Shown here in pieces: positions 41,216-51,066 of a stretch of DNA of 54,063 bases. Origin of the DNA: an uncultured Clostridia bacterium (GTDB taxonomy: Bacteria > Bacillota > Clostridia > TANB77 > CAG-508); the NCBI GenBank assembly GCA_944392425.1, contig CALXWM010000001.1, forward strand, positions 89,589-143,651, given 5' to 3'. Each line of letters begins with the position of its first letter. The first letter of the stretch is position 1. Position numbers and translations under genes: made by a program. Under the pieces are notes generated by a model. The model was not told the DNA's origin. It worked only from the letters and a program-made list of their open reading frames with translations, and did no database searches.

Positions 41216-42742
41216 ATGGCTAATAGAGGTAGAAGGTATGATGGTGAACCAAAGCTAAATATAAAAAAAGTACTTGCAGTATTAATCATACTAGCAGTAA
41301 TAATAATGTGTATAGTTTTAATTGTTAAATTTGCAACACCTGATGGAAATACAGAAACTAAAATAGTAGCTAATTCATATATTACTGTATTTTCTAATAA
41401 TAAGTGGGGAGTTATTAATTCTAAGGGAGAAACAATAATAGAGCCAACTTATGATGATATGATTGTAATACCAGATCCAACTAAAGCTGTTTTTATATAT
41501 CAATCAAATGTTAATTTACAAGATGGAACATATAATTCTAAGGCTATAAATGATAAAGGAGAAGATTTATTTACTTCTTATGAGAAAGTAGAAGCACTTC
41601 AAAATCTAGATTCTAACAATTATGTGACATATGATACAAATGTACTTAAAGTATCTAAAAATGGAAAATACGGATTAATTAACTTTAATGGAACAGAAAT
41701 ATTAAATTCTATATATGATTCGATTTATCCACTATCTGGAGTAAAAAATAGTTTTGTTACTGTTAAAGATGGATTATATGGTTTAGTAGATAATAGTGGA
41801 AATGTAATTATAGATAATTTATATACTGCAATTACAAGTCTTACAAATAAATATGAAGACGGATATGTTGTAAAAGAACAAAATGGAAATTATGGCTTGA
41901 TTAATTATAATAAAAAGCAAGTTTTAGAATGTAAATATTCAGAAATTAAAAATGTTTGTGGAAATAATTTATATGTTGTTAAAGAAAATGGAACATTAGA
42001 ATTAATTAATCAAGATGGAAGTGTTTTAATTAATAGTGGATTTGATGATATTAAAAGTATAGACAGTGGCAATATAGTATTTGTAAAAGGTAACAAATAT
42101 GGAGTAATGACCAAAGAAGGAACTGTATTAATAGAGCCAAATTATGATGAATTAAAATATGCGTTTGATGGTAATTATATAGCTAAAAAAGATAATAACT
42201 ATGGAATTATAAATACATCAAATGAAACAAAATTAGATTTTACATATACTTATATAACATATATGTCAGATGAAAGCTTTATAGAAGCAGATAAATCAGA
42301 TGGTAAAACAGACCTTTTAGATACTTCATTTAATGTTAAAGTTACAGGAATTGTTTCAGAGATAGATACAAATAAAGGATATGTAAAAGTTAGAGTAGAT
42401 AATGAATATAAATACTATAATTTTAGATTAGAAGAAAAAACATCGCAAGATATTTTCACAACTAATACATTATTCTTATCTAAGAAAAATGGTAAATATG
42501 GATATGTTAATAGAGACGGTGTTGTAATAGTAGATTATATTTATGATGATGCTACAGAACAAAATGAGTATGGATTTGTAGCAGTAAAACAAAATGGAGT
42601 ATGGGGAGCAATTGACCAAAATGGAAATGTAGTAGTTACTCCATCATATGAATTAGCACAAAATACAGTAATTAGTTTTATAGGAAAGTGGCACTTAGCT
42701 CCAGACCTAAATGCAAATTACTATACAGATGTTAATGAATAA
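41216..42742 (+). CDS. Membrane-anchored WG-repeat (WG_beta_rep/KWG) protein
   Basis: N-terminal TM and repeated NGKYG.IN..G..II...YD motifs. Confidence 0.85.
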   Translation: MANRGRRYDGEPKLNIKKVLAVLIILAVIIMCIVLIVKFATPDGNTETKIVANSYITVFSNNKWGVINSKGETIIEPTYDDMIVIPDPTKAVFIYQSNVNLQDGTYNSKAINDKGEDLFTSYEKVEALQNLDSNNYVTYDTNVLKVSKNGKYGLINFNGTEILNSIYDSIYPLSGVKNSFVTVKDGLYGLVDNSGNVIIDNLYTAITSLTNKYEDGYVVKEQNGNYGLINYNKKQVLECKYSEIKNVCGNNLYVVKENGTLELINQDGSVLINSGFDDIKSIDSGNIVFVKGNKYGVMTKEGTVLIEPNYDELKYAFDGNYIAKKDNNYGIINTSNETKLDFTYTYITYMSDESFIEADKSDGKTDLLDTSFNVKVTGIVSEIDTNKGYVKVRVDNEYKYYNFRLEEKTSQDIFTTNTLFLSKKNGKYGYVNRDGVVIVDYIYDDATEQNEYGFVAVKQNGVWGAIDQNGNVVVTPSYELAQNTVISFIGKWHLAPDLNANYYTDVNE

Positions 42743-42830
42743 AAAATTAGTAGATTAGTTACAATGATAATTAAAATATGATTTTAAATAAAATTTAAGA
42801 TAAAAGTCTTAAAGAAATGGAGAACAAAAG

Positions 42831-43613
42831 ATGGAAGAAAAACAAAGTTGTAAAATAATACCGATAATAACAAATGAAAAAGAAATGTATAAATTTTATG
42901 AGTTTGTATTAAACATAGGTTATGAAATAAAAGTATTTAATAAAAAACAAGATTCTCATATTTATAAATATTTTCTTCCAAGGGTTAGAGATTATCTATT
43001 TTGGACATTTAATTTAAAAGATGTTGATAAATTCAAAAAAATGAATAAAGAAATGCAAGCAGCTGTATGTAATAATTACTCATGTACAATATTTGAAAAA
43101 GAAAGTATGCTTATTGTAGCATTTAATACAGGGATAATTTTTATAATAGGTAATGATACAAAAGAAGCGGAAAGAATTAAAAAGTATGAGGGACTATTAG
43201 ATATATCTAAAATAAATATAGATAGTGATAAAGTATATAAAGTCGACGTTCAAGAAGTAGAATACTTATACATTTATATAATTACTTTATATAAATATGT
43301 AACATTAAACAAGTTAGATAAAGCAATGGAAAATAAAGATTATTTTGATAAAAACAGAAATGATTTTGTTAAGTTTGTACAAGGTATTTATTCTAAAAAG
43401 ATTACTGAAAATTTATCTGGAAATAAAATGGAAAATGATTGGGAACAAAAATTAGGATTAGATAAACTGTATATTTCAGTAGAAAATAAATTTGATATAC
43501 TTTATAGAAATATTAAATTAGACAATCATAATACAATGTTTAGAATTATAATTATTTTATTAGTTGTATTAATTATAATAGGAACAATTAACCTAGGAAA
43601 CTATTTAATGTAA
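42831..43613 (+). CDS. Hypothetical protein with C-terminal TM helix
   Basis: 260 aa ORF with GGAG RBS and a hydrophobic C-terminus. Confidence 0.65.
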   Translation: MEEKQSCKIIPIITNEKEMYKFYEFVLNIGYEIKVFNKKQDSHIYKYFLPRVRDYLFWTFNLKDVDKFKKMNKEMQAAVCNNYSCTIFEKESMLIVAFNTGIIFIIGNDTKEAERIKKYEGLLDISKINIDSDKVYKVDVQEVEYLYIYIITLYKYVTLNKLDKAMENKDYFDKNRNDFVKFVQGIYSKKITENLSGNKMENDWEQKLGLDKLYISVENKFDILYRNIKLDNHNTMFRIIIILLVVLIIIGTINLGNYLM

Positions 43614-43631
43614 AATTGAAAGGAATTATAC

Positions 43632-44009
43632 ATGAACATAAAAACAGGTACTGACATAATAGAAGTAGAAAGAATCAAGGAAAGTATAGAAAAATTAGGG
43701 GATAAGTTTTTAAATAGAGTATTTACTGATAATGAAATAGCATATTGCGAAAGTAAAAAAGCTAATAAATATGAGCACTATGCTGCAAGATTTGCAGCGA
43801 AAGAGGCTATATTTAAATCAATTTCTCCTTTATTAGATAACAAATTTAGCATTGACTGGACGTATATAGAAATACTTAATGATAATCAAGGTAGACCATA
43901 TGTAAATTTTTATAAAGATAAATTAAAAAAAGTTAATATAGACTTAAGTTTATCTCATATAAAAGAATATGCTGTGGCAATGGCTGTTGCAGTTTTTGAA
44001 AATAAATAA
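43632..44009 (+). CDS. acpS: Holo-[acyl-carrier-protein] synthase
   Basis: GTDIIEVERI, AARFAAKEAIFKS, GRP and LSLSH. Confidence 0.95.
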   Translation: MNIKTGTDIIEVERIKESIEKLGDKFLNRVFTDNEIAYCESKKANKYEHYAARFAAKEAIFKSISPLLDNKFSIDWTYIEILNDNQGRPYVNFYKDKLKKVNIDLSLSHIKEYAVAMAVAVFENK

Positions 44010-44084
44010 ATTTAGTTTAATAATAAAACATACAATATATATTTATTGTATGTTTTTAAAAATTAATTAATAAAGAGGTATTTT

Positions 44085-44972
44085 ATGGAATTTTTTGATT
44101 CACATGCACATTATGATGATGCAAAATTTGATGACAATAGAGAAAATTTAATAATGGATATATTTAATTCTGGAGTAACTAAAATTATTAGTGCAGGATA
44201 TAGCTTAGAAGGAAGCAAAAAGAGTTTAGAACTTTCTAGTAAATATAATTTTATATATTCGACAGTTGGTATATCTCCAAATGATTTAGTGGAAAGAGAT
44301 TTAGAAGAAAATATTACAAAAGTTAATGAGAATAATAGTATACAAGTAGAAAATAATAGAGTAGAATTTATAAACAATAATTATCCACAATTAGTAGGCG
44401 AAAAGTGGATAAAAGACATAGAAGAGATAGATAAATTAATTAGTGATAATTTGAGCTCAAAACGAATTGTGGCGGTTGGAGAAATTGGATTTGATTATCA
44501 TTATGATACAGACAAAAAAATTCAATATGAGGCATTCTCGAAGCAAATAGATATTGCTAACAAATATGACTTACCTATAGTAATTCACACAAGAGATGCA
44601 GTAATGGATACTTTAACAATGTTAAAAGAACATCCTGTAAATAAAAAAGGAGTATTCCACTGTTGTCCACTTAATAGAGAACTGGTAAAAGAAGCATTAA
44701 AGATAGGATTTTACATATCTATGGCAGGACCAGTAACTTTTAAAAATTCAAAAAATGCAAATGAGATCATTGAAATGTGTCCAATGGATAAAATTTTAAT
44801 AGAAACAGATAGTCCTTACTTAGCACCAGAGCCAGTTAGAGGTACTAGAAATGACTCAAGAAATTTAAAATATATTGCACAAAAAATAGCCAGTATAAAA
44901 GGTATGGCTGTTGAAGAAGTAGCAAAAGCTACTTATGAAAATACAATGAGGTGCTTTAATATAGATAATTAA
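44085..44972 (+). CDS. tatD: TatD family deoxyribonuclease
   Basis: DSHAH, VGEIGFDY, IHTRDA and ETDSPYLAP. Confidence 0.92.
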   Translation: MEFFDSHAHYDDAKFDDNRENLIMDIFNSGVTKIISAGYSLEGSKKSLELSSKYNFIYSTVGISPNDLVERDLEENITKVNENNSIQVENNRVEFINNNYPQLVGEKWIKDIEEIDKLISDNLSSKRIVAVGEIGFDYHYDTDKKIQYEAFSKQIDIANKYDLPIVIHTRDAVMDTLTMLKEHPVNKKGVFHCCPLNRELVKEALKIGFYISMAGPVTFKNSKNANEIIEMCPMDKILIETDSPYLAPEPVRGTRNDSRNLKYIAQKIASIKGMAVEEVAKATYENTMRCFNIDN

Positions 44973-44998
44973 AAGAGCTTGACTTTGCAAGCTCTTTA
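44972..44998. terminator. Bidirectional terminator between tatD and lemA
   Basis: AAAGAGCTTG/CAAGCTCTTT. Confidence 0.7.
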
Positions 44999-45547
44999 TT
45001 AAAATTCAACTTTTACAGCTTTTTTAGCCTCGTCATTATCTACATTAAATAATGTAGAAGCTTTGAAACCAAACATACCAGCTACTAAGTTAGATGGAAA
45101 TGTTTCTAATTTAGTGTTATACATTGTAACTGTATCATTATAAAATTGACGAGAATAAGAAATTTTGTTTTCTGTATCTGATAGTTCTGTTTGCAAATTA
45201 TTAAAAGATTGATCTGCTTTTAAGTTAGGGTAATTTTCAGCTACAGCCATAATAGTTTTTAGAGTATCTGTAAGTTGACCTTCTAACTCAGCTTTTTGCT
45301 CAACTGTTTTAGCATCTGCCCATGCAGAACGTAAGTCTGTTACTTTTGTAAGAGTTTCTTGTTCATGAGTCATATATCCTTTTACAGTTTCTACTAAGTT
45401 AGGTATTAAATCAAACCTTCTTTGTAATTGAACATCAATTTGACTCCAAGCATTTTGAACTCGTTGCCTTAATGTTACTAATTGGTTGTATATAACAACT
45501 AATACAATTGCAATAACGACAACGATGGCTAATATTATCCAACCCAT
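44999..45547 (-). CDS. lemA: LemA family protein
   Basis: AWSQIDVQLQRRFDLIPNLVETVKGY, ENYPNLKA and FPSNLVA. Confidence 0.93.
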   Translation of the reverse strand: MGWIILAIVVVIAIVLVVIYNQLVTLRQRVQNAWSQIDVQLQRRFDLIPNLVETVKGYMTHEQETLTKVTDLRSAWADAKTVEQKAELEGQLTDTLKTIMAVAENYPNLKADQSFNNLQTELSDTENKISYSRQFYNDTVTMYNTKLETFPSNLVAGMFGFKASTLFNVDNDEAKKAVKVEF

Positions 45548-46030
45548 AATATCCTCCTTTAAAATAAATTAATATTGTACATAAACTGTATTTTATGCAC
45601 TATATTCAATAATATAATAATAATATACCACAGTATGCAAGATTTTACAATGGAAACGTTCATTTTTGTGAAAAAATTTTAATTTAATTTAGTGTCAAAA
45701 GGGACACTCCTGCTTGACACAACAACAAATCAAAAACATAGTTATTTAATTCGATTTGACATATTTTGTAGAAAAATGTTTAACGATTTATGTGCTAAAA
45801 TATTAAAATCATATTGACACAAAATGGCAAATATTGTAAAATACAAAAAGATTAGACTTTAGTCAAATTTCTAAAAATGGGGGCAACTAAAGAAAGGAGG
45901 TAAATTAATCACTAAAGACAAATGATTAATTTACTAATCTAATTTTTAAAAAATTGTGCCAATGTAGGGTTTGAAATAAAAAAGTATTGAAAAAACATCA
46001 ACAATTTGGTACAATGGAAAGGAAGAACAA

Positions 46031-46894
46031 ATGCTAGATAAAAAAGATGCCCCGTTATTAGATGACTACGTGTTTAAACGTACATTTACAAGGGATGATC
46101 CAAATGGAATATTAAGAGACTTTTTAGAGTCAGTATTAAAAATCAAATTAAGGAATGTACAAGTATTAAATGCAGAAATACCAAAAGACATATTAGATGA
46201 AAGAGGTAGTGTCTTAGACATTAGAGCGGAGCTAGACAATACAAAAATAGTGGACATAGAAATGCAAGTGAAAGACCAAGGAAATATTTCCAAGCGTAGC
46301 ACAGTGTATATGAGTAAAAACATTGCTACTCAAATAAAAACAAGTGAAGACTATCAAGGTTTAAAACCATCAATAGTAATAAACATCTTAAATTTTAATA
46401 GATATAAAAGGAATAGCTATCATTCAATAGCTCACATGAAGTTTGAGAAGACGCGTAAAGAAGAATATGTGGATTTAGGATATAAAGAGGAAGAGCAACT
46501 AGCAACAGATGTGTTAGAAATGCATTTTATAGAATTGCCAAAGTTTATAAAAAAGAATCCTGAAATAAAGACAAAGCTAGATGAATGGCTGTGGCTTATA
46601 GCAGGAAGGGAGGATAAAGTAGAAATGTCAAAGTTAGATAATCCAGAAGTAAAGAAAGCGATGAAGTTGGTAGATGAAATAATGGCAGATCCAAAAGAAA
46701 GAGAAATAATTGAAGCAAGAGCAATGGCAAAATTTAACTATGACACAGGAGTAGCGTATGCAAAAGAACAGGGAAAGAAAGAAAGTAAAAAAGAAGTAGC
46801 AAAAAGAATGAAAGAACTAAAAATAGCCGATGAACAAATTTGTCAAATATTGAATATAACAACAGATGAACTAAAGGAATTAATAGAAAAATAG
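46031..46894 (+). CDS. Rpn family PD-(D/E)XK nuclease (recombination-promoting nuclease/putative transposase)
   Basis: DYVFKRTF, LDIRA....VDIEMQV and HFIELPKF, with a C-terminal helical tail. Confidence 0.88.
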   Translation: MLDKKDAPLLDDYVFKRTFTRDDPNGILRDFLESVLKIKLRNVQVLNAEIPKDILDERGSVLDIRAELDNTKIVDIEMQVKDQGNISKRSTVYMSKNIATQIKTSEDYQGLKPSIVINILNFNRYKRNSYHSIAHMKFEKTRKEEYVDLGYKEEEQLATDVLEMHFIELPKFIKKNPEIKTKLDEWLWLIAGREDKVEMSKLDNPEVKKAMKLVDEIMADPKEREIIEARAMAKFNYDTGVAYAKEQGKKESKKEVAKRMKELKIADEQICQILNITTDELKELIEK

Positions 46895-47204
46895 ATAAGA
46901 TGGGGGAAATGTAGAGAAATAATTCTCTGCATTTTTATGTCAAAAGGGATGCCCACTATCTAAAAAGTTACTCTCCTGTTTGACGCAAACTTCACATCAT
47001 CTCAAAAGACACCTTTGTTTTTTTAGATCAAATAATATTGGACGAAACACTGTAAATAGCATAAATTATAATATAAGTAAACATTACTTTATGTAACCAA
47101 GTAGCAAAACCTTACAACCAAGCAAAGTTTACGGAAGCACGTTAAATTTGACATTTTAGATAAAAAATGTTATAATTATAACTGTGTTACTTAAAGGAGG
47201 TTTT

Positions 47205-48149
47205 ATGAGGAAACGAATAAGTAAACAAAACAAGCAGGAGAGAGCAACTATATCACTCAAAAAAATATTTGTAATGGCTTTAATATTTTTAATATTAGCT
47301 GGCACAATGAGTGTTATGGCTACAAATCAAAAGCTTACATCTGTTAAAATATTACTTTCAAGTGGATATGAAATGGATGTTATGACAACATCTACTAAAG
47401 TATCAGATATTTTAGCAGAAAATCATATTGTTGTTTTAGATGGCGAAAGTGTTACACCAGACATTGATGAAGAACTTTCTGACAATAAAACAATTACAAT
47501 AACAAAAGGCGCTACAGAAGCTGATACTGATGACAACTACATGTCAGCAGAAGAAATATTAGCTAGTTATACACAAATTGTTGAAAAGGTAGTTACTGAA
47601 GAAGTAGAAATACCTTTTGAAACAGTTACTAAAGACGTATCAAATGGAAGCTCAACTACACAAAATAGAGTAATACAAAAGGGTGAAAATGGTTTAAAGA
47701 GAGTAACATATAGAATAAGATACCAAAATGGTGCCGAAATTGAAAAAACAGAAATATCATCAGAAATTGTTAAAGAACCGGTAGATAAAATAGTAGAAGT
47801 TAGAACAAAACAAGTTACATCAAGAGGTGGAGTTGTTTCTGGTTCTGTTGCAGAATACCAAGTATATGCAGAAAAAAGATGTTTTGATTATGGGTGGAGT
47901 GATGCAGACTTCCAAGCTTTAGTTAAATTATGGAATAAAGAAAGTAGATGGAATCCATATGCATGCAACTCAAGTTCAGGAGCTTATGGTATACCACAAG
48001 CATTACCTGCATCAAAAATGGCTACTTATGGAACAGACTACCGTACAAACTATAAAACACAGATTGAATGGGGATTAAGCTATATTAAATCAAGATATGG
48101 TACTCCATCAGCTGCATGGAATCATTCATGTAGAAAAGGATGGTATTAA
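47205..48149 (+). CDS. YabE/RpfB-like cell-wall enzyme (DUF348-like + G5 + lytic transglycosylase-like domain)
   Basis: G5 motif (EIPFETV...QKGENG...EPVDKIV) and C-terminal LWNKESRWNP.A.N.SSGAYGIPQALP. AAGGAGG RBS before ATG 47205. Confidence 0.85.
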   Translation: MRKRISKQNKQERATISLKKIFVMALIFLILAGTMSVMATNQKLTSVKILLSSGYEMDVMTTSTKVSDILAENHIVVLDGESVTPDIDEELSDNKTITITKGATEADTDDNYMSAEEILASYTQIVEKVVTEEVEIPFETVTKDVSNGSSTTQNRVIQKGENGLKRVTYRIRYQNGAEIEKTEISSEIVKEPVDKIVEVRTKQVTSRGGVVSGSVAEYQVYAEKRCFDYGWSDADFQALVKLWNKESRWNPYACNSSSGAYGIPQALPASKMATYGTDYRTNYKTQIEWGLSYIKSRYGTPSAAWNHSCRKGWY

Positions 48150-48158
48150 AATGAACTT

Positions 48159-48202
48159 AAAAATCCAATAGTGTAAGCAATAGCTTTGCTATTGGATTTT
48201 TT
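48159..48202 (+). terminator. Intrinsic terminator
   Basis: AAAAATCCAATAG/CTATTGGATTTTT. Confidence 0.75.
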
Positions 48203-48362
48203 CATTATAAGTTCTACTTAACAGAAAATAACATAGATCTTTTTTATTAAGATTATTATAGGAAAATTCAATATTATGTAGAATAATATATATGGAAACA
48301 ATTAAATAGGTTTATGGGTAGCCTTTTAAAAACCTAAATACATTATTCAAGGAAAAATAAAA

Positions 48363-49130
48363 ATGAAGCTAATTTCATGGAACGTAAATGGACTAAGAGC
48401 AGTAATAAATAAAGGATTTAAAAATTTTTATAATGATATAAAAGCAGACATTATGTGTTTGCAAGAAACAAAAATGCAACAAGACCAAATAAGTATGGAT
48501 ATAAACGATATTTTTAAAGATAGATATGTGTACTGGAATAGTGCAGAAAAGAAAGGCTATTCAGGAACTGTTGTCATCTCAAAAATAAAACCTATAAATG
48601 TTACATATGGAATAGGAAAAGATGAACACGACAAAGAAGGCAGAATTATTACACTAGAATTTGATAGTTTTTATCTAGTAAATTGTTATACTCCAAATTC
48701 AAAAAGAGAGTTAGAAAGATTAGACTACAGAATGATTTGGGAGGATGAAATTAGAGCATATTTAAAAGAACTTGACAAAACTAAACCAGTAGTATATTGT
48801 GGTGATTTAAATGTAGCTCATAATGAAATAGATTTAAAAAATCCATCATCAAATCATCATAATGCAGGATTTACAGATGAAGAACGTTCAAAAATGACAG
48901 CTCTATTAAACGAAGGATTCATTGACACATTTAGATACAAATATCCAGAAAAAACTGGTGCATATTCTTGGTGGTCATATATGTTTCACGCAAGAGAAAA
49001 CAATGCAGGGTGGCGTATAGACTATTTTATAGTATCTGATTCAATAAAGGATAAAATAGAAGATGCAAAGATTTTATCTGATGTGATGGGCAGTGACCAT
49101 TGTCCGGTCGAACTAGATTTGAAAGTGTAA
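48363..49130 (+). CDS. xth: Exodeoxyribonuclease III / AP endonuclease
   Basis: [28 protein letters not shown] and SDHCP. Confidence 0.95.
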   Translation: MKLISWNVNGLRAVINKGFKNFYNDIKADIMCLQETKMQQDQISMDINDIFKDRYVYWNSAEKKGYSGTVVISKIKPINVTYGIGKDEHDKEGRIITLEFDSFYLVNCYTPNSKRELERLDYRMIWEDEIRAYLKELDKTKPVVYCGDLNVAHNEIDLKNPSSNHHNAGFTDEERSKMTALLNEGFIDTFRYKYPEKTGAYSWWSYMFHARENNAGWRIDYFIVSDSIKDKIEDAKILSDVMGSDHCPVELDLKV

Positions 49131-49237
49131 TTTAAATATAATAGATAGAATTACTTAATAATAAATTAGTTTGAAAAAAATAAAAAAGTCGTTAGCAAAT
49201 TGAGTAAATAAACTTATAAAAAAGAAAGGGTTTTACT

Positions 49238-50392
49238 ATGAAAAAAGAAAAAGTAATGGGAACTAAAAGATGGTTTTATTGGGTTTCTATAGGAGTTGTT
49301 TTAATAATAATTTATAAATTATTAGACAATTTTACAGGTATAGGCGAATGGATAGGCAATTTTTTTATTGTACTTGCACCATTTATAGAAGGTATACTTA
49401 TAGCATATATTTTATATACACCTTGTAAAAAAGTAGAAAAATTTTTAGAGAAAAGAAAGAATAAATTCATAAAAAAGCACGCTAGGGGAACAAGTATTAC
49501 TATAGTATATATTTTAGTATTTGCCTTAATTGTATGGTTTATGACAGCTATTATACCAACAATTGCAAGTAGTGTATCAGATTTAATAAGTAATGTACAA
49601 AGCTACTATAACGCTGTAGTTTCAGAAAGCCCAGACTTAAGCATAACACCATTTATACAGGATAATATATTAAAACCTGTTGTAGATTGGATACAAAATA
49701 TAGACTTTGAATCATGGTTTACAATGGATAAAATTAGAGAATATTTATCATCTGCTATGGGCTTAATCAGAGGAGTTGTTAATATATTTATAGCTATAAT
49801 CTGCTCAGTATACATTTTGGCACAAAAAACTAGAATTGTTAGATTTTTAAATAAATTTGCAAGAGCTGTGCTTACTGAAAAAGGATATAGAAGATTTGAA
49901 AAATACTTTGATCAAGGAAACAATATTTTCTTTAGATATTTATCAAGCCAAATGTTAGATGGAATAGTTGTTGCACTTATTACTAGTATAGCAATGAGCT
50001 TAATGGGAGTAAAATATTCAATTTTACTTGGAACATTAATAGGATTCTCAAACCTAATACCATACTTTGGAGCAATATTTGGTGTAGCAATTGCAATTAT
50101 TATAACAATACTTACTGGTGGATGGCAGCAAGCGTTAATTATGGGTATTGTTGTAATTGTGTTACAACAACTAGATGCAAACTTAATAAATCCAAGAATA
50201 ACAAGCTCATCATTAAAGGTAAGTCCATTACTTATAATGTTTGCTGTAACTGTTGGTGGAGCATATTTTGGAGTGCTAGGTATGTTCTTAGCAGCACCAG
50301 TGTTTACTTTAATTAAAGTAATAGTAGACGATTTTGTAAATGAAAGAAATAGGGAAAAGGATAGGAAAAATAACGTGGATGTAATTGAATAA
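49238..50392 (+). CDS. AI-2E family transporter
   Basis: Multi-TM protein with NLIPYFG, QQLDANLINPRI and G.LGMFLA.P motifs. Confidence 0.9.
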   Translation: MKKEKVMGTKRWFYWVSIGVVLIIIYKLLDNFTGIGEWIGNFFIVLAPFIEGILIAYILYTPCKKVEKFLEKRKNKFIKKHARGTSITIVYILVFALIVWFMTAIIPTIASSVSDLISNVQSYYNAVVSESPDLSITPFIQDNILKPVVDWIQNIDFESWFTMDKIREYLSSAMGLIRGVVNIFIAIICSVYILAQKTRIVRFLNKFARAVLTEKGYRRFEKYFDQGNNIFFRYLSSQMLDGIVVALITSIAMSLMGVKYSILLGTLIGFSNLIPYFGAIFGVAIAIIITILTGGWQQALIMGIVVIVLQQLDANLINPRITSSSLKVSPLLIMFAVTVGGAYFGVLGMFLAAPVFTLIKVIVDDFVNERNREKDRKNNVDVIE

Positions 50393-50463
50393 AATTTAAA
50401 AGAACTTTAAGAAGTATTTCCATTTTCTAAGAGGTGCTTTCTTAAAGTTCGTCTTTTTTTTAA

Positions 50464-50691
50464 TTATTTATTTTTTCTAGGATATGGCTTGATTTCATCA
50501 GTTAAACCAAGAAGATAATCAGCTGATGTATTATAAAACTTAGCTAATAAACATAGCTTATCAATTGGAATTTGTCTTTCGCCTTTTTCATATAATCCAT
50601 ATTGCTGTCTAGTAATACCTAAAGCTACAGCAACTTGCTTTTGCAATAAATCGTTATCTTCTCTAAGATCTTTTAATCTTTTTAAATACAT
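50464..50691 (-). CDS. XRE-family HTH transcriptional regulator
   Basis: RLKDLRED.DL.Q..VA..LGITRQQY..YE.G.R and SADYLLGLTD. Confidence 0.9.
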   Translation of the reverse strand: MYLKRLKDLREDNDLLQKQVAVALGITRQQYGLYEKGERQIPIDKLCLLAKFYNTSADYLLGLTDEIKPYPRKNK

Positions 50692-50826
50692 TATAAATTT
50701 AATTCCTTTCCTAATTAGACTTAAAATAAAATTTTTAATTAAATAGAAGAAATAAATTTTTTCTATTCAATAAAAGTGCAAAATTTATGTTTAAAATAAC
50801 CTTTATAAAAATTTATCACGAATTTA

Positions 50827-50865
50827 TTTGAATGCCTTGACAGGCATTCAAACGAATGCTAAAAT
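50827..50865 (+). promoter_or_regulatory. Sigma-A promoter with palindromic operator over the -35 box
   Basis: TTGACA (50837-42)-17-TAAAAT (50860-65) with extended TG. TTTGAATGCCT/AGGCATTCAAA arms are centred on the -35. Confidence 0.7.
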
Positions 50866-50942
50866 ATTTAATGTAAATGACTAAAATATATGAATAACGT
50901 AGAATATAAATTATTAAAAAACAAAAGAAGGAGGAGTTTAAA

Positions 50943-51066
50943 ATACGTAAAAGTGCAGAAAAAGTGAATAACGCAAGAAAAAAAGAAAGTAGAAAAACAC
51001 TTATTATAAAAAAAGTTAAAAAAGAAGTGAAGCGGGATTACTTTAATAGCGTTAGTGGTTACAACC
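50943..51066 (+). pseudogene. 5' remnant of a type IV pilin-like gene (class III signal peptide), interrupted
   Basis: AAGGAGGAG RBS, then a basic leader (I)RKSAEK...KKVKKEVK and, after a +1 shift, GITLIALVVT. The hydrophobic helix breaks off at about 51065. Confidence 0.65.
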
